Shown here one piece after another: positions 1 through 12,715 of a stretch of DNA of 41,955 nt (the stretch's first letter is position 1; each line of letters starts with the position of its first letter). The position numbers were made by a program, and so were the translations under genes. Where the stretch lies: contig NC_068996.1 in NCBI RefSeq assembly GCF_001194135.2, positions 18,649,662 through 18,691,616 of the forward strand, in the 5' to 3' direction. The stretch comes from Octopus bimaculoides (taxonomy: Eukaryota). The notes beneath the pieces were generated by a model. It did not search any database, was not told the origin of the DNA, and was given only the letters and a program-made list of their open reading frames with translations.

Positions 1-7
1 ATGTATG

Positions 8-47
<40 letters not shown>

Positions 48-77
48 TATATATTTGTGTATGCATATATATGTATG

Positions 78-117
<40 letters not shown>

Positions 118-260
118 TGTATATATGTATGTATATATGTATATATATATTTGTATGTATATATGTATGTATATATATATGTATATATGTATGTATATAT
201 GTATATATATATTTGTATGTATATATGTTTGTATATATATATGTATATATATATATATGT

Positions 261-316
<56 letters not shown>

Positions 317-556
317 ATATGTATATATGTGTATATACGTATATAAATATTTTTATATTTATATACATATATATATTTACACATATTTATATATATACAT
401 ATATATATTTATATATACATATACTTATATACATGCATATATATATTTATATATATATGCATATAAATATGTTTATATATATACATATACATATACATTT
501 ATATATATATATATATACATAAATACACACACACACACAAATACATACATACATTT
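1..556. repeat. Compound (TA)n/(TATG)n/(CA)n microsatellite
   Basis: Made almost entirely of TA, TG and CA dinucleotides; explains the Y/I/M/V/C-rich ORFs at 1-599. Confidence 0.97.
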
Positions 557-573
557 ATATATGGCATACAAAC

Positions 574-1070
574 AGAGAATTCTTTGCAATAGACATTGAA
601 ATCCCTTCAGACAAAAAAAAATGTTGATAAAAAAGAATCATAGGCTCTGTAATATGCTGGATTAAATGTAGAGAATAGCGCAACGGATGTGAAAGTTGTA
701 CCGGTTATCAAGGGATCGTTGGGCTCAATTCAAATTTTGTTGTACTTCTTGGAACGTTTATGCCTCAAGTTTATGCCAGTTCTCCCCCAAAATCTTCCCT
801 CGCTGGAATAGCTCATTGCTTTTGAAAGATATTTTCAGTGTAAAACCATTTGTTTAGAATTCACAGTTGATATAGAAGAGGCGAGAAAGCAACAAAATAC
901 CTTTAATAATTAGTAAAATAGCTGTGATACATGTTCCCGGTTGTTCACTTATCAGACGGGTAGTCCATGATGGGCGTTAGTGCTTCGTGTATTTGTACAC
1001 CAGTGTCATTTTGATGGCATGCGCTGCTCTCTCACTCAATAATAATAATAATAATAGTAATAATAATAAT
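574..1070 (+). mobile_element. 5'-truncated, decayed 3' end of a non-LTR retrotransposon with restriction-like endonuclease (R4/Dong type)
   Basis: Manual translation across two frameshifts and stops gives [45 protein letters not shown]../KSSLAGIAHCF*KIFSV* (574-843). This matches the RLE C-terminus pattern IDVAIP.D.NV..KE..KY..L..E..V.PV.IGALG..QKSALLGTAHILRKVL. A 3' UTR-like segment follows and ends ctctcactc(aat)n at 1038-1070. Confidence 0.8.
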
Positions 1071-1090
1071 GATGATGATGGTGATGATGG

Positions 1091-1443
1091 TACAAGGCCA
1101 ACAGTTTCGAGGGAGTGGGTAAGTCGATTGTATTCAGTTAGTACTTAATTTATCAATTCGGAAAGGATGAAAGGCAAATAATAAGAAGAAAAGTGAAACA
1201 CTGGGCTCGACGTAATCTACTTGACCCTCCCCTAAATTTTAGGCCTTGTATCTATAATAGAAAGGATTATTATTATTATTAATTACTATTACAAATACTA
1301 AAGCGGCGAGTTGATAGAATTGTTAACACGCCGGACGAAATGCTGTTAACCGTTTCGTCCGTCTTTATGTTCTGTGTTCAAATTCCGCCGAAGTCGACTT
1401 CGCCTTTCATCCATTCTTTTTCGTTCTGCCAGCTCGCCACCTT
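1091..1443. mobile_element. Cluster of four SINE family C fragments (tRNA head plus Nin/Deu-like domain) in mixed orientation
   Basis: Minus tail 1091-1178, plus tail 1199-1280, plus head 1301-1412 (gcggcgagttgatagaat..tgttcaaattccgccgaagtcgacttcgcctttcatcc) and minus head 1422-1443; homologous to the copies at 25552 and 32330. Confidence 0.85.
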
Positions 1444-1540
1444 AATAATAATGATGATGATGATAATAATAATGACAATAATAATAATAATAGTACTTAA
1501 TATTTAAATATGTGGCTCGAGCTTTCAGTTTGTTTGTGTG

Positions 1541-1860
1541 TGTGGCTATGTGGTAAGAATCTTGCTTCCCAACCACATGGTTCCGGGTTCAGTCTCACTG
1601 CGTGATACCTTGAGCAAGTGTCTTCTACTATAGCCTCGGACTGACAGAAACCTGTGTTTGTCCCCCACCACCATTACCACCACCACATGAGAACTGGCGT
1701 TGATGCGTTTACGTTCACCGTAACTTAGCGGTTCGGCTAAGAATAAGTACCAGGTTTTTAAAAAAAACAAATACTGCAGTTGATATATTCGACTAAAAAA
1801 AATTCTCCAGGGCGGTGTCCCAGCATGGCCGCAACCTAATGACTAAAACAAGTAAAGAGA
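1541..1860 (+). mobile_element. SINE family A copy (tRNA-derived head, CORE-like segment)
   Basis: A-box-like tggctatgtggt, B-box-like gggttcagtctc, then ccttgagcaagtgtcttctactatagcc and the 3' module gtaacttagcggttcgg..catggccgca..gactaaaacaagtaaagag shared with about 11 other copies. Confidence 0.9.
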
Positions 1861-3380
1861 TTAAAAAAAAAAAGCAAGAAAAAGATATGCGCGGGCGCGT
1901 GTATGTCGGAATCAGTCAATGTTCCTTGTGGTATTTTCTATAAGACTGACAAGGTAAGTTAAGTTTCTAACCCTCAGCGACGGAATAATGGGTCATTGAT
2001 GAAGGTTAATCAATTTTGAAATCATCGATGATATGACTCCCTCTCGCTTGCCGTAGGGAGCATGTCTCCCTTGTCAGTCGTTAGAAAAGTAGTCTCACGT
2101 GAGTGACTAAGAGTTGTTTTGACTCTTATTTCTAGCAATGACTAGCACCCTCGGTTCTTTAGCAATGATTATACATCTGTCTTTTGCTTCTAGATTGCGG
2201 ATAGCCACCTTAGTCATATACACACACGCACACGAGGACAGATATATATGTGTTTGTGTGTCCGTCCGTGTGTATATATGTCATCCGTGCGTGTGTATAT
2301 ATATATATATATATATATATGCATGCGTGTCAGTCCGCGCTTGCACATCCATGTAAACTCGGCCATCCCTTAAAGAGTGGGGCGGAGTGATAAAGAAGGA
2401 AGAAGAGAAAAGCTAATTATATCTTGATTAGGATCAGTAGATTTGATGCCACTCAACTGATCGACTCTGTCTGCCATGGCAGCAATGCAATCAACCACAA
2501 ACAGGCCAACTCTGCAGAATGGGATGCCTTTGTCAGTTTTCACTTTTGCTCGTCATCATTAATTTAGTGTGATGCCACCGCGACCACCACCCCTTTATTC
2601 CCTTCCTCCTGCTCCTCTTCACTTTGGCTTCCTGTAATCAGTTTCTGCTCTCCCCTCTCCCTCTCTCGCCCTTCTCTTACCACTCTTCCTCTTCTCCCAA
2701 CTCACAATTGCACAGGACGGATTGGCTTTCATTTATATTTGTTTTATTTATCTTTTCTTTGTGTTTTTTTGTATTTGTTTTCATTTTTATTCCCCCCTTG
2801 CAAAATGATATTATCGAGTAAGGACTTGATAATATTCCTCTGAATCTATTTTTCTTACAAATGGCATCAATACAAAAATATGGCATCATTGCAAAAATAC
2901 TTTTATAATTATTGATGTTGTTGTATTTCCCTGTTTATTGAGAGAACGAAAGAGATGCAGACAGGTCGGTGGGGTGGGGGGATGTATGTCCCCCATCCGA
3001 GAAAACTATTGGCGAACTTCTGCGTCTGCAAACATTTATACATTGAAGTTCATACTTTTGGTAAGTTCATTTGGCGTGCAGTGACGAGTTTTCGTGCAGT
3101 TTTTCGCCTAACAGAAAACTTCTTTTATGTAAAATTAGTGAATAAGTCTTTATAATAGCTATTTCTTGAAATTAAAGATCGTAATACTTGGCCAATATAG
3201 CCTACTCGGGTAAAATAACTTGCCTGCTAAAATGGTTGATGTATATTTCACCGAATTGGGCATGGTTTAAAAATGAGTAACCTTATCTTTGCGAATCTTT
3301 ACTGTTTTTCAAAAGGGTTATTTCGTCTCTCCAAGGTATACCAACTTAGCTTTTGATTAGCTTCTTTCATAATTCCATTA

Positions 3381-3415
<35 letters not shown>

Positions 3416-3644
3416 TTACTCACTCACGCTCTCTCCAATATGTATGTATAATGTGTGTATGTGTTTGGTGATGCAAACAGGAAGGTTGAACTCAAAACAT
3501 GATACAGATATGTTTTTATTGTAAATCGGCAGAAGTTACTGAGTACATTTACACTCATCAGACTTTATCACTCAGTAATTTCTGCCGATCAACAACAATA
3601 GTAGTAGTAATGATGATAATAATGATGATGATGATGATAAAATG

Positions 3645-3760
3645 ATCCTTTCTACTATAAGCACAAAGCCTAAGATTTTGAGGGAGGAGTTAGTCGATTA
3701 CATCGATCCTAGTGCTCAACTCCAAAAGAATGAAAGGCAAAGTCGAACTCGGTGGAATAT
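3645..3760 (-). mobile_element. SINE family C fragment (3' part)
   Basis: gtcgattacatcgatcctagtgctcaact..atgaaaggcaaagtcgaactcggtggaat is the reverse complement of the family C domain and tail. Confidence 0.8.
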
Positions 3761-4414
3761 GTGTGTGTGTGGTAATGTTTTATTTCCTTTCAGATCTTGT
3801 GTCCTTTCGTTTTACTGGAGGAAATTTAACCTCTGTTTCTAGTAGTCTAGTAGGTTGAACGATTATACAATAGTTTTCCCTCTAGATGTTGTTGCTAAAC
3901 TACTTGAGTGACAGAAAAGGAATTTTCGTTATTATATTTAGTTATATATCCTTACACATTATTATCCCAGATGAGATTTAGCTGTTATTTCTAGCATATC
4001 AAGAAACTACACACACACACACACACACACACACATGGTCTCACGTTTATCTTTAAGTGTTGAATGTGTATATGTTTACATGTACACAAGCACGCATACA
4101 TAAGGGTTTAGGAACAAAAACGACAACGAAGAAATACAAATTGATTCATTTTATGCCCTAAAAAGGAAACGGAAGAGACCTCAATGCTCTTTGGTCAAAT
4201 GGAGAAGCGTGGATGAGGTTTCTTGGAAGCGATGTTATTATAGAAGATGCGTCATGATGAAATGAAATATATGACAGATGAATAAAGCGAAATGGTGTCA
4301 TCCGACCAAGACCTTTTTCTTTGTCTTTTTTCTCTCCAAGGGAGATAATAAACGAGAACTTACGTTTTGTAGAACCAGGGAGAACAGTGATGATAATGTC
4401 CTTTTAAGTGACAC

Positions 4415-4416
<2 letters not shown>

Positions 4417-4459
<43 letters not shown>

Positions 4460-4901
4460 NNNNNNNNNNNNNNNNNNNNNNNNNNNNNNNNNNNNNNNNN
4501 NNNNNNNNNNNNNNNNNNNNNNNNNNNNNNNNNNNNNNNNNNNNNNNNNNNNNNNNNNNNNNNNNNNNNNNNNNNNNNNNNNNNNNNNNNNNNNNNNNNN
4601 NNNNNNNNNNNNNNNNNNNNNNNNNNNNNNNNNNNNNNNNNNNNNNNNNNNNNNNNNNNNNNNNNNNNNNNNNNNNNNNNNNNNNNNNNNNNNNNNNNNN
4701 NNNNNNNNNNNNNNNNNNNNNNNNNNNNNNNNNNNNNNNNNNNNNNNNNNNNNNNNNNNNNNNNNNNNNNNNNNNNNNNNNNNNNNNNNNNNNNNNNNNN
4801 NNNNNNNNNNNNNNNNNNNNNNNNNNNNNNNNNNNNNNNNNNNNNNNNNNNNNNNNNNNNNNNNNNNNNNNNNNNNNNNNNTATATATATATATATATAT
4901 A
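4417..4901. repeat. (TA)n microsatellite spanning gap 4460-4881
   Basis: Pure TA on both sides of the gap. Confidence 0.95.
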
Positions 4902-5529
4902 TTATAAAGTCTGGTAATTAGTCATATATTAATTAATATCGATTAATTATCAGGAGGCCAGCACATGTAAAGAATCAAAGAGATTTAGAAATATTATCTG
5001 CAATCTCAGGGGATTAAGGTACATTTTTTTAGAAAATAACGTCGACCACTAACGTGGACAATTAATGCGCTAGAAATAGATCACATCTTGTGTACATTAA
5101 ATATACTTATAAAAAGATGGGATGATCCGAATCCTTTTGATTGAAGGTTTGCTGAATCAGAGATGACTTGGAGCTACCTAGATATTTCAGACTTAACAAC
5201 GCCATCTTTTAAAAGTATCTTGACCTTTTTGTCTAAGTCTAATATAGAATATAACTCGAGAGGTCTGAGTGCTATTTTTGGCAGCTTGACGATCAAGTAG
5301 AGTCTTCTTCGTTGACATCGTAGAAAAACATTAGCTAAAAGCTACATGTCGAAATAGATGAAATATTGATATTAGGTACCCTGGGTACATCGCCGTCGGG
5401 AATATTAAAAATATAACGCTGCTTTCATGTATACATCTATGTATATGTTGGCCTAATCAAACACTTATGATCGAAGGTATTTCATTCTTGACATCGCCAG
5501 ATGTTTAGAGCTATATAGAACTATAGTCA

Positions 5530-5770
5530 AGGCGCGTAGCCTAGTGGTTAAGGTATTGCACGCATGATCGTAAGATTGTGGTTTCCATCTCATCCCGAGC
5601 AGTGCGTTGTATTCTAGAATAAAACACTTTCACGTTGCTCCAGTTCACTCAGCTGGAAATGTGTCCTAGCAATTAGTGGGAAGTTAACCTCGTGACGAAC
5701 CAGCATTCCGTCCAGGGGAGCATTGCTGTAATCTCATTTATACGCCATGGAAACCAGGTCAAATCCCAAG
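5530..5770 (+). mobile_element. SINE family D (tRNA head, CORE-like and V-like segments), decayed
   Basis: ggcgcgtagcctagtggttaagg (A box), then gttgtattctagaataaaacactttcacgttgctccagttcactcagctg (CORE-like) and cctcgtgacgaaccagcattccgtccagggg..catggaaaccagg (V-domain-like). Domain names are from recalled consensus, not alignment. Confidence 0.65.
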
Positions 5771-7187
5771 GTTAATGAGCGACCAAAGTTAGTAAAATTT
5801 ACAGTAAATGATGTCACATTTTATTTACTTAAGATATTTTTAATGAGAAATTTGAAACATAAGAGGTGTGTATGGGAGTGGCTTGGATATTTCTTGCAGG
5901 TCGAGCAAACTTGTACGCACTTTCGTTGGTTCTTCTTTGATCGGCATTGACCTGGGAGCTAAACAACAATTACTGCAACACATAAAATGTATGTGTACTC
6001 CATAATGACCGGTAAACAGAAATAAATAAAAATAAAAGACTGAGCTCATGCCACCCAGTAACCACCTTGGCAATTTATTACTACACGAAATTAACACAAT
6101 ATCAATTATGATGCTTATCAACATATGTATCTCATTAATAAACGTTTAAAAGATTAGTCGTTCACAGCGAAAGTAAAAGCCATATAAGTGAGACATGAAT
6201 CTTAGAAAGAAAACTCACTCTACTTGTAAACGTAAAATAATGCTTTAATACCATTAACATCTGTCCTGGCAAAGAGAATCTTAGATTAGCTGATTGGAAT
6301 CTGACGTCAACTTGATCTATTGTCTTGGATACAATGCCTACAACTATAACTTCTCACTTGTGTGCCGATGCTTTCTCGGTGCCGTTATGCGTTTGTAGGG
6401 AATAAAGATGCTGCCTTGATCATCTTGCATCTGACAACAAATTTCAGCTTTGTAGTGTTGATGTAGATAGCGCAGTAGTATAACTGTAATGACACCACTA
6501 CTACCACCACAACAATGTCGAACAACTGATGCTATGATTTTATTTTTCCTCGTATAGTGCCAGATCATGATAAAAACACGACATACAACGCAATTCAAAA
6601 GAAGAAGAATCTCATATACATGTGTGTGTGTGTGCGGGAAATTGTTTTTGGTGCAGTCAAATATTTGATAATATTTTTGATATAATTTGTCTTTGTTTTC
6701 ATCCTCAGTATAAAACAGAAATAGGGATTTCTTTTGTCTTGATTAATTATTTATCCTGTTGAATAATTTTTGTCCCTGGAAGAATATTTTAAGTTCTTGC
6801 AGTCATCTCTCTCGTCTCTTTGACCTTCTAACTATTATACAGATATATCTTGCCTTATTGAAATTCTTTTAATAATGGTTTCGGGTGGTAAGACCTAAAG
6901 TCTAAGTATCGGTGTGTGCCCGTGTCTTTCTACTAGCGATCATCTTGCTTAGTTATCAGAATGTCCCGAAATGGAAATTACCCTTCATTCATTTCTGTTG
7001 TGAATTTTATCGATCCGTAAATCATCGTTGATTGATTTTTTAAAATCTTGTAAAATCTTCCTTATTTTTGGTTTCAAAATATGAATCTGCTATCGGGAAA
7101 TTTTTTCCAGATTTCTTATAAACAGGTTTTGAAAATTTGATCAAAAATTGTTGTTCCTTCTCGGTGTGTGTCTGTGTGTGTGTGCGC

Positions 7188-7725
7188 AGAAGAAGAAGAA
7201 GAAGAAGAAGAAGAAGAAGAAGAAGAAGAAGAAGAAGAAGAAGAAGAAGAAGAAGAAGAAGAAGAAGAAGAAGAANNNNNNNNNNNNNNNNNNNNNNNNN
7301 NNNNNNNNNNNNNNNNNNNNNNNNNNNNNNNNNNNNNNNNNNNNNNNNNNNNNNNNNNNNNNNNNNNNNNNNNNNNNNNNNNNNNNNNNNNNNNNNNNNN
7401 NNNNNNNNNNNNNNNNNNNNNNNNNNNNNNNNNNNNNNNNNNNNNNNNNNNNNNNNNNNNNNNNNNNNNNNNNNNNNNNNNNNNNNNNNNNNNNNNNNNN
7501 NNNNNNNNNNNNNNNNNNNNNNNNNNNNNNNNNNNNNNNNNNNNNNNNNNNNNNNNNNNNNNNNNNNNNNNNNNNNNNNNNNNNNNNNNNNNNNNNNNNN
7601 NNNNNNNNNNNNNNNNNNNGAAGAAGAAGAAGAAGAAGAAGAAGAAGAAGAAGAAGAAGAAGAAGAAGAAGAAGAAGAAGAAGAAGAAGAAGAAGAAGAA
7701 GAAGAAGAAGAAGAAGAAGAAGAAG
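7188..7725. repeat. (GAA)n microsatellite spanning gap 7276-7619
   Basis: Pure GAA on both sides; source of the poly-R/K/E/F/S ORFs. Confidence 0.97.
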
Positions 7726-9034
7726 CTTGTTAGAATATCATTGATTGAGAAATCGAAAGGTGTTTGTGAATATAGGTTATAGGATAGAGAGCTGAAACAG
7801 GAAGAAATCAAATTTAATATTGAAATAAGAATATATGGAAAATACTAGAGTGGTTACATTTACTAAACTAAATAGAAGATATTTATCCTAAAAGAGACCA
7901 AACGTCAGCTTGAGATGGAGTAAGGAACATTGGAATGGAGAGCTAAGTTCAAAAGGATGTAGCAATATTGAATAAGTTGTACTCACGAAGCAATGATAAG
8001 TGGGATTGTGTAGTAAAGTGTGAGCGAGAGAGGAGTAAGGGACTTTGTTTTATCCCCAATAAACGAAGAGAGGTATGTAGTGTGTTGTGTTCGTACATCT
8101 TGGAAAGTAAACAGTGAAGACTGAAGCAGAAGGATATAACAAACTGATGAAAAATAGAGCGGGAGAGGAGAAAGAAAAAATATTTCACGTTATCGAGAGA
8201 TAAACTGTTAACTTGACTGAAATACAAAGGACATACGAGTAAGAAAGAACAATGGAAATCATGATTATGGGTGTACAAAAAGGAAAAGTTGTAAATGTCA
8301 AATTGTAAATATCAAATGTAAGTCTAAGTTGGTGAAATTGCCAAGTGTATATAACGTAATGTTTTGTTTAATTCGGAGTTGGAGCAGTGTCGGTAAGCGA
8401 ATCATGACTTGAAGTTTTACTTTGTTGTTCTTATATGTAGCAAGATGGTGGAGATTTTAAACGAAGAAAACCAACGGACAAAGGGAAAAAGATAATAGTG
8501 AATTGCTAGTGGGAAATTTCAATTGAAAGTAAATGAAAACTGATAAAGGCATTATCCAGGAATTATTGCTGAAAATTATTTGTAAGATTCTGTAGCATTT
8601 GTAAAAATTGACTGTAACAGGCAGCAAAAAGCTCAGCTATGATGACAATAAAGTTATGTAAGATGATGGTTTACTATTTCGTGTGGTAGTAGAGTGGAAA
8701 TATGTCCCCCCTCTTCTCGCTGTCTTTTCTCTCCCTCCATCTCTCTCTCACACATACACATACACACAATGAATGAAGTATATCATGGGTTTTATTAAAG
8801 CATATAACAGTAGGAAAAATAGTGTGTTATGTGATAACAGAGCGGAAGTAAAAGAAACAGAAAATATGGAATTTTCTCTCTGAATTGGTCAAAGAACTAA
8901 GAAATTTTGGGGCACCTGTGAGTGAGTGCATGGTATCCTGGTTATCATGGTACTCTACTGAAAAATTGCAAAACAGCTGTTCAAAAGCTGGTGACAAGAA
9001 TTCAAACCCAGACTAGCAGAGCTGAAAAAGCCTG

Positions 9035-9078
<44 letters not shown>

Positions 9079-9879
9079 TCTCCCTCTCTCTCTCTTGCAC
9101 ACGAATCTTTCTCAATGACCATGAGAGAACAGGAGAATGAAAATAAATGGTCTTAGACTGTTCTAGTTACCATACTCTAAGATTTACTAATTTATTGAAT
9201 GTGGTTGAAGCAAATTACCTCGAATTATAATTGTCAAAGATCGTGGAGTAAATATATGTCTTTTATCGCTGCATTAATTTCAGTAGACGGCAATTAATAT
9301 CTCTAAAAAACATGGAAGCTTTAAGATTTTGAAGGAGAAATAATCAAAATGGGGGAGAGAAAAAAATATTTAGAACATTAGGAATGGTTAAATACGAACA
9401 TATAATGGAAAGAATAAAAAACACTGAGTAAAAAGAAAAAAAACCCAACATTGCACGTATACGAAGCGTATGGGTCTGTGTTCGCAGTGAAAATATAAGG
9501 CGTGTAGAAAAATTATTAATACATAGGTGGGGTGTCAAAATCAATTGAATTGAACCCGATGTTTAATATTTGTTTTATCAATCATGGGATGGGAAGTAAA
9601 AACAGACCAACAGTGCTTAGTACAAAAATCTTTTTTCTTAACCACCAATTTTTTTAGAAGGCCTCAAGAGATACTTCTTGACTTCCATACCTTTTCTTAT
9701 TTCTGTTTATTATAGAGTTCGCTTTCAGAGGGAATGAGCGTGTGCGTGCGTGTGTATTACATTTACATACTCTTGATGTAACGACGGCAAATGTACACTA
9801 ACCGGCATGTCACTTCACCTATCGTCGTAACCTCGCTACCATTAGACAAGGTTTGCGTCACTGCTGCATCCATGATCCC

Positions 9880-10055
9880 TTGGCACAAATTGGCAGCCGA
9901 TTAAATACACAATAGTACTTGAATCGTGTCTTATATTGTCTTTCATCCCCGAAGATTGAAATCAAAGTCAATCTTGGCGGAAAACATAAAGAGCAGGAGC
10001 AGTTACTTTGAGATATTTTGTTCGATGTTCTGACGATTCTGCCAGTTCACCTTCC
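9880..10055 (-). mobile_element. Decayed SINE family C copy
   Basis: ggcacaaattggcagccgattaaatac..ctttcatccccgaagattgaaatcaaagtcaatcttggcggaa..gacgattctgccagttcacc follows the family C reverse complement. Confidence 0.6.
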
Positions 10056-10870
10056 GAGTAAGAATGTAAGAGTTTACTCATTTTTTAACTCCTTATAACA
10101 ACAGCCCATATTAATTATGATCCTACTAATGAATTTCAGGTACATATTTCCTTAGACGTACAAGCATACACAATACAGATAAGCTAGGGTTTTTAGAAAA
10201 AGAAATCAATCGATTCTCACATTACAAATACAATCTGTTAGTGGAACAGTAAAAATATGCAAGACTTTTATCAAATTTAAAACGGGACATTGTTTTTGCT
10301 ATCTACATTCCAACAAAAGAGCTTTGTATTTTTGTTAGAAACCAGCTCCTTCCTCAGAGGAAGAATTTAAATAATTAAAAGCAGAAGCGAACATACATAT
10401 ATATCCATGTGTATGTATATATGATATACATTATATATATATANNNNNNNNNNNNNNNNNNNNNNNNNNNNNNNNNNNNNNNNNNNNNNNNNNNNNNNNN
10501 NNNNNNNNNNNNNNNNNNNNNNNNNNNNNNNNNNNNNNNNNNNNNNNNNNNNNNNNNNNNNNNNNNNNNNNNNNNNNNNNNNNNNNNNNNNNNNNNNNNN
10601 NNNNNNNNNNNNNNNNNNNNNNNNNNNNNNNNNNNNNNNNNNNNNNNNNNNNNNNNNNNNNNNNNNNNNNNNNNNNNNNNNNNNNNNNNNNNNNNNNNNN
10701 NNNNNNNNNNNNNNNNNNNNNNNNNNNNNNNNNNNNNNNNNNNNNNNNNNNNNNNNNNNNNNNNNNNNNNNNNNNNNNNNNNNNNNNNNNNNNNNNNNNN
10801 NNNNNNNNNNNNNNNNNNNNNNNNNNNNNNNNNNNNNNNNNNNNNNNNNNNNNNNNNNNNNNNNNNNNNN

Positions 10871-11242
10871 CAGTGGTTAGGGCAGTGGACTCGCGGTCAT
10901 AGGATCGCGGTTTCGATTCCCAGACCGGGCGTTGTGAGTGTTTATTGAGCGCAAACAACCTAAAGCTCTACGAGGCTCCGGCAGGGGATGGTGGCGAACC
11001 CTGCTGTACTCTTCCACCACAACTTTCTCTCACTCTTACTCCCTGTTTCTGTTGTGCCTGTATTTCAAAGGGTCAGCCTTGTCACACACTGTGTCACGCT
11101 GAATATCCCCGAGAACTACGTTAAAGGTACACGTGTCTGTGGAGTGCTCAGCCACTTGCACGTTAATTTCACGAGCAGGCTGTTCCGTTGATCGGATCAA
11201 CTGGAACCCTCGACGTCGTAAGCGACGGAGTGCCAACAACAA
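10871..11242 (+). mobile_element. SINE family B copy 1 (tRNA-derived, (CAA)n tail), 5' end lost in gap
   Basis: cagtggttagggcagtggactcgcggtcataggatcgcggtttcgattccc head; body nearly identical to the reverse complement of 18233-18626; ends gtgccaacaacaa. Confidence 0.93.
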
Positions 11243-12423
11243 TATTTACTTGGTACATTCCTCATATAGAAAATCTTATATTATTGATCGCCGATGAAGA
11301 TGCTCGAGCTTGCATCACCTTTGACACAAGTCGACCTGGTATTTCTGTCATGTGATACTGGGTAAACCAGTAAAATATCCTTCCTCCCTCCCGCTCTCTC
11401 CCCTTCTCTCTTTTCTATCTTTAGAGACTAACGTGGTGTCAAAGTCATAGTTTAATGAAATTGTTATTATAATAAATCATTATTGATTCAGTCTATGAAC
11501 AATGTTATTTAATATTTCATGTTAAAGTTAATTTCCTTCCGTCTTTATTATATATATATATCAATGCTCAATATCTTGCTGGAAATGTTTAAAATTGAAG
11601 TGTAATCTCGCACACATATTTCCCATGGTGGCAACTGTTCTCCAGTACTTTCCTCCTCTCACTCGAATGCCAGCAGATGTTGTCGCGCGCGCACGCACGC
11701 ACAGACACACACCGTTTCTTTCTTTCGTTTTGTCTTCCATTTCTCTCACCTCTGTTACTGCTGCTAGTGGCATTTCTCTCACGACTGTCGATTCTTTCTG
11801 CAGTCATCTACCTATCAGATGCTGTTTTCTCCGTCATAAATATCAACCAAGATAGTAATTTTAACTAAATTTGGCAACTGGAAGTGTTTGAAAGCTACTA
11901 GTTTGATTTATAAACTTATCTGCCCGGAATAGCAGAAGATAAATAACTTGAAGAGGAACGGTTGTCACGGAAGAAAGATGAGTTGTTACCCAGACACAGA
12001 TGCTTGCGTGGATATCACGAATGCCAAGATTGGTTGGTTGTCGAAGAAATGAGAAAATGGCGTTTTACTTTATATTATGCAGAACGATGTTGCAAAAAAC
12101 GAAGTTACTTTTCTTGTGTACACTGGAATGGTTATTGATAGCAATATTCGCATTTTCAAAGAATATTGTCTGTAAAGACATTTCTTAACTATTTCATTTT
12201 TATGAATATCAATGTTATCGCTAAACAAAGCTTAATCGATAGAAAGAGGTGTAATCGAAATATATTCCTCTTCTGTGACATTGTATTAATGTCTTCAAAT
12301 ATTGTTTTATTCGGTTGTTAGCCCTGATCATGTACAGCTATTGATCAAAAGCGTTTCAGGTGGGATCATCCCATTTTTTAAGTGTAACTTGAGCTAATGA
12401 TCTCTATAATGCAGGGGATACTC

Positions 12424-12622
12424 TCTTTTACTTGTTTCAGTCATTTGACTTCGGCCATGCTGGAGCACCGCCTTTAGTCGAGCAAATCGACCCCAGGACT
12501 TATTCTTTGTAAGCCTAGTACTTATTCTATCGGTCTCTTTTTGTCGAACCGCTAAGTTACGGGGACGTAAACACCAGCATCGGTTGTCAAGCGATTGTGG
12601 GGGGACAAACACAGACACATAA

Positions 12623-12653
<31 letters not shown>

Positions 12654-12715
12654 CATATATACGACTGGCTTCTTTCAGTTTCCGTCTACCAAATCCACTC
12701 ACAAGGCTTTTGGTC
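12424..12715 (-). mobile_element. SINE family A copy, truncated by gap
   Basis: tttacttgtttcagtcatttgacttcggccatgctggagcaccgcc..gaaccgctaagttacggggacg..(ca)n(ta)n..cttctttcagtttccgtctaccaaatccactcacaaggc. Confidence 0.93.

Noticed and set aside
1-599. 113-192 aa ORFs rich in Y/I/M/V/C
   Set aside because: Translations of a TA/TG microsatellite, which lacks stop codons.
8861-8925. Possible exon KIWNFLSELVKELRNFGAP ending at cct|gtgagt
   Set aside because: No pyrimidine tract at the acceptor and no recognisable protein.
11750-11807. Minus-strand ATG-to-donor segment MTAERIDSRERNATSSSNR|gtgaga
   Set aside because: Short, no recognisable homology, no partner exon; expected by chance in 42 kb.
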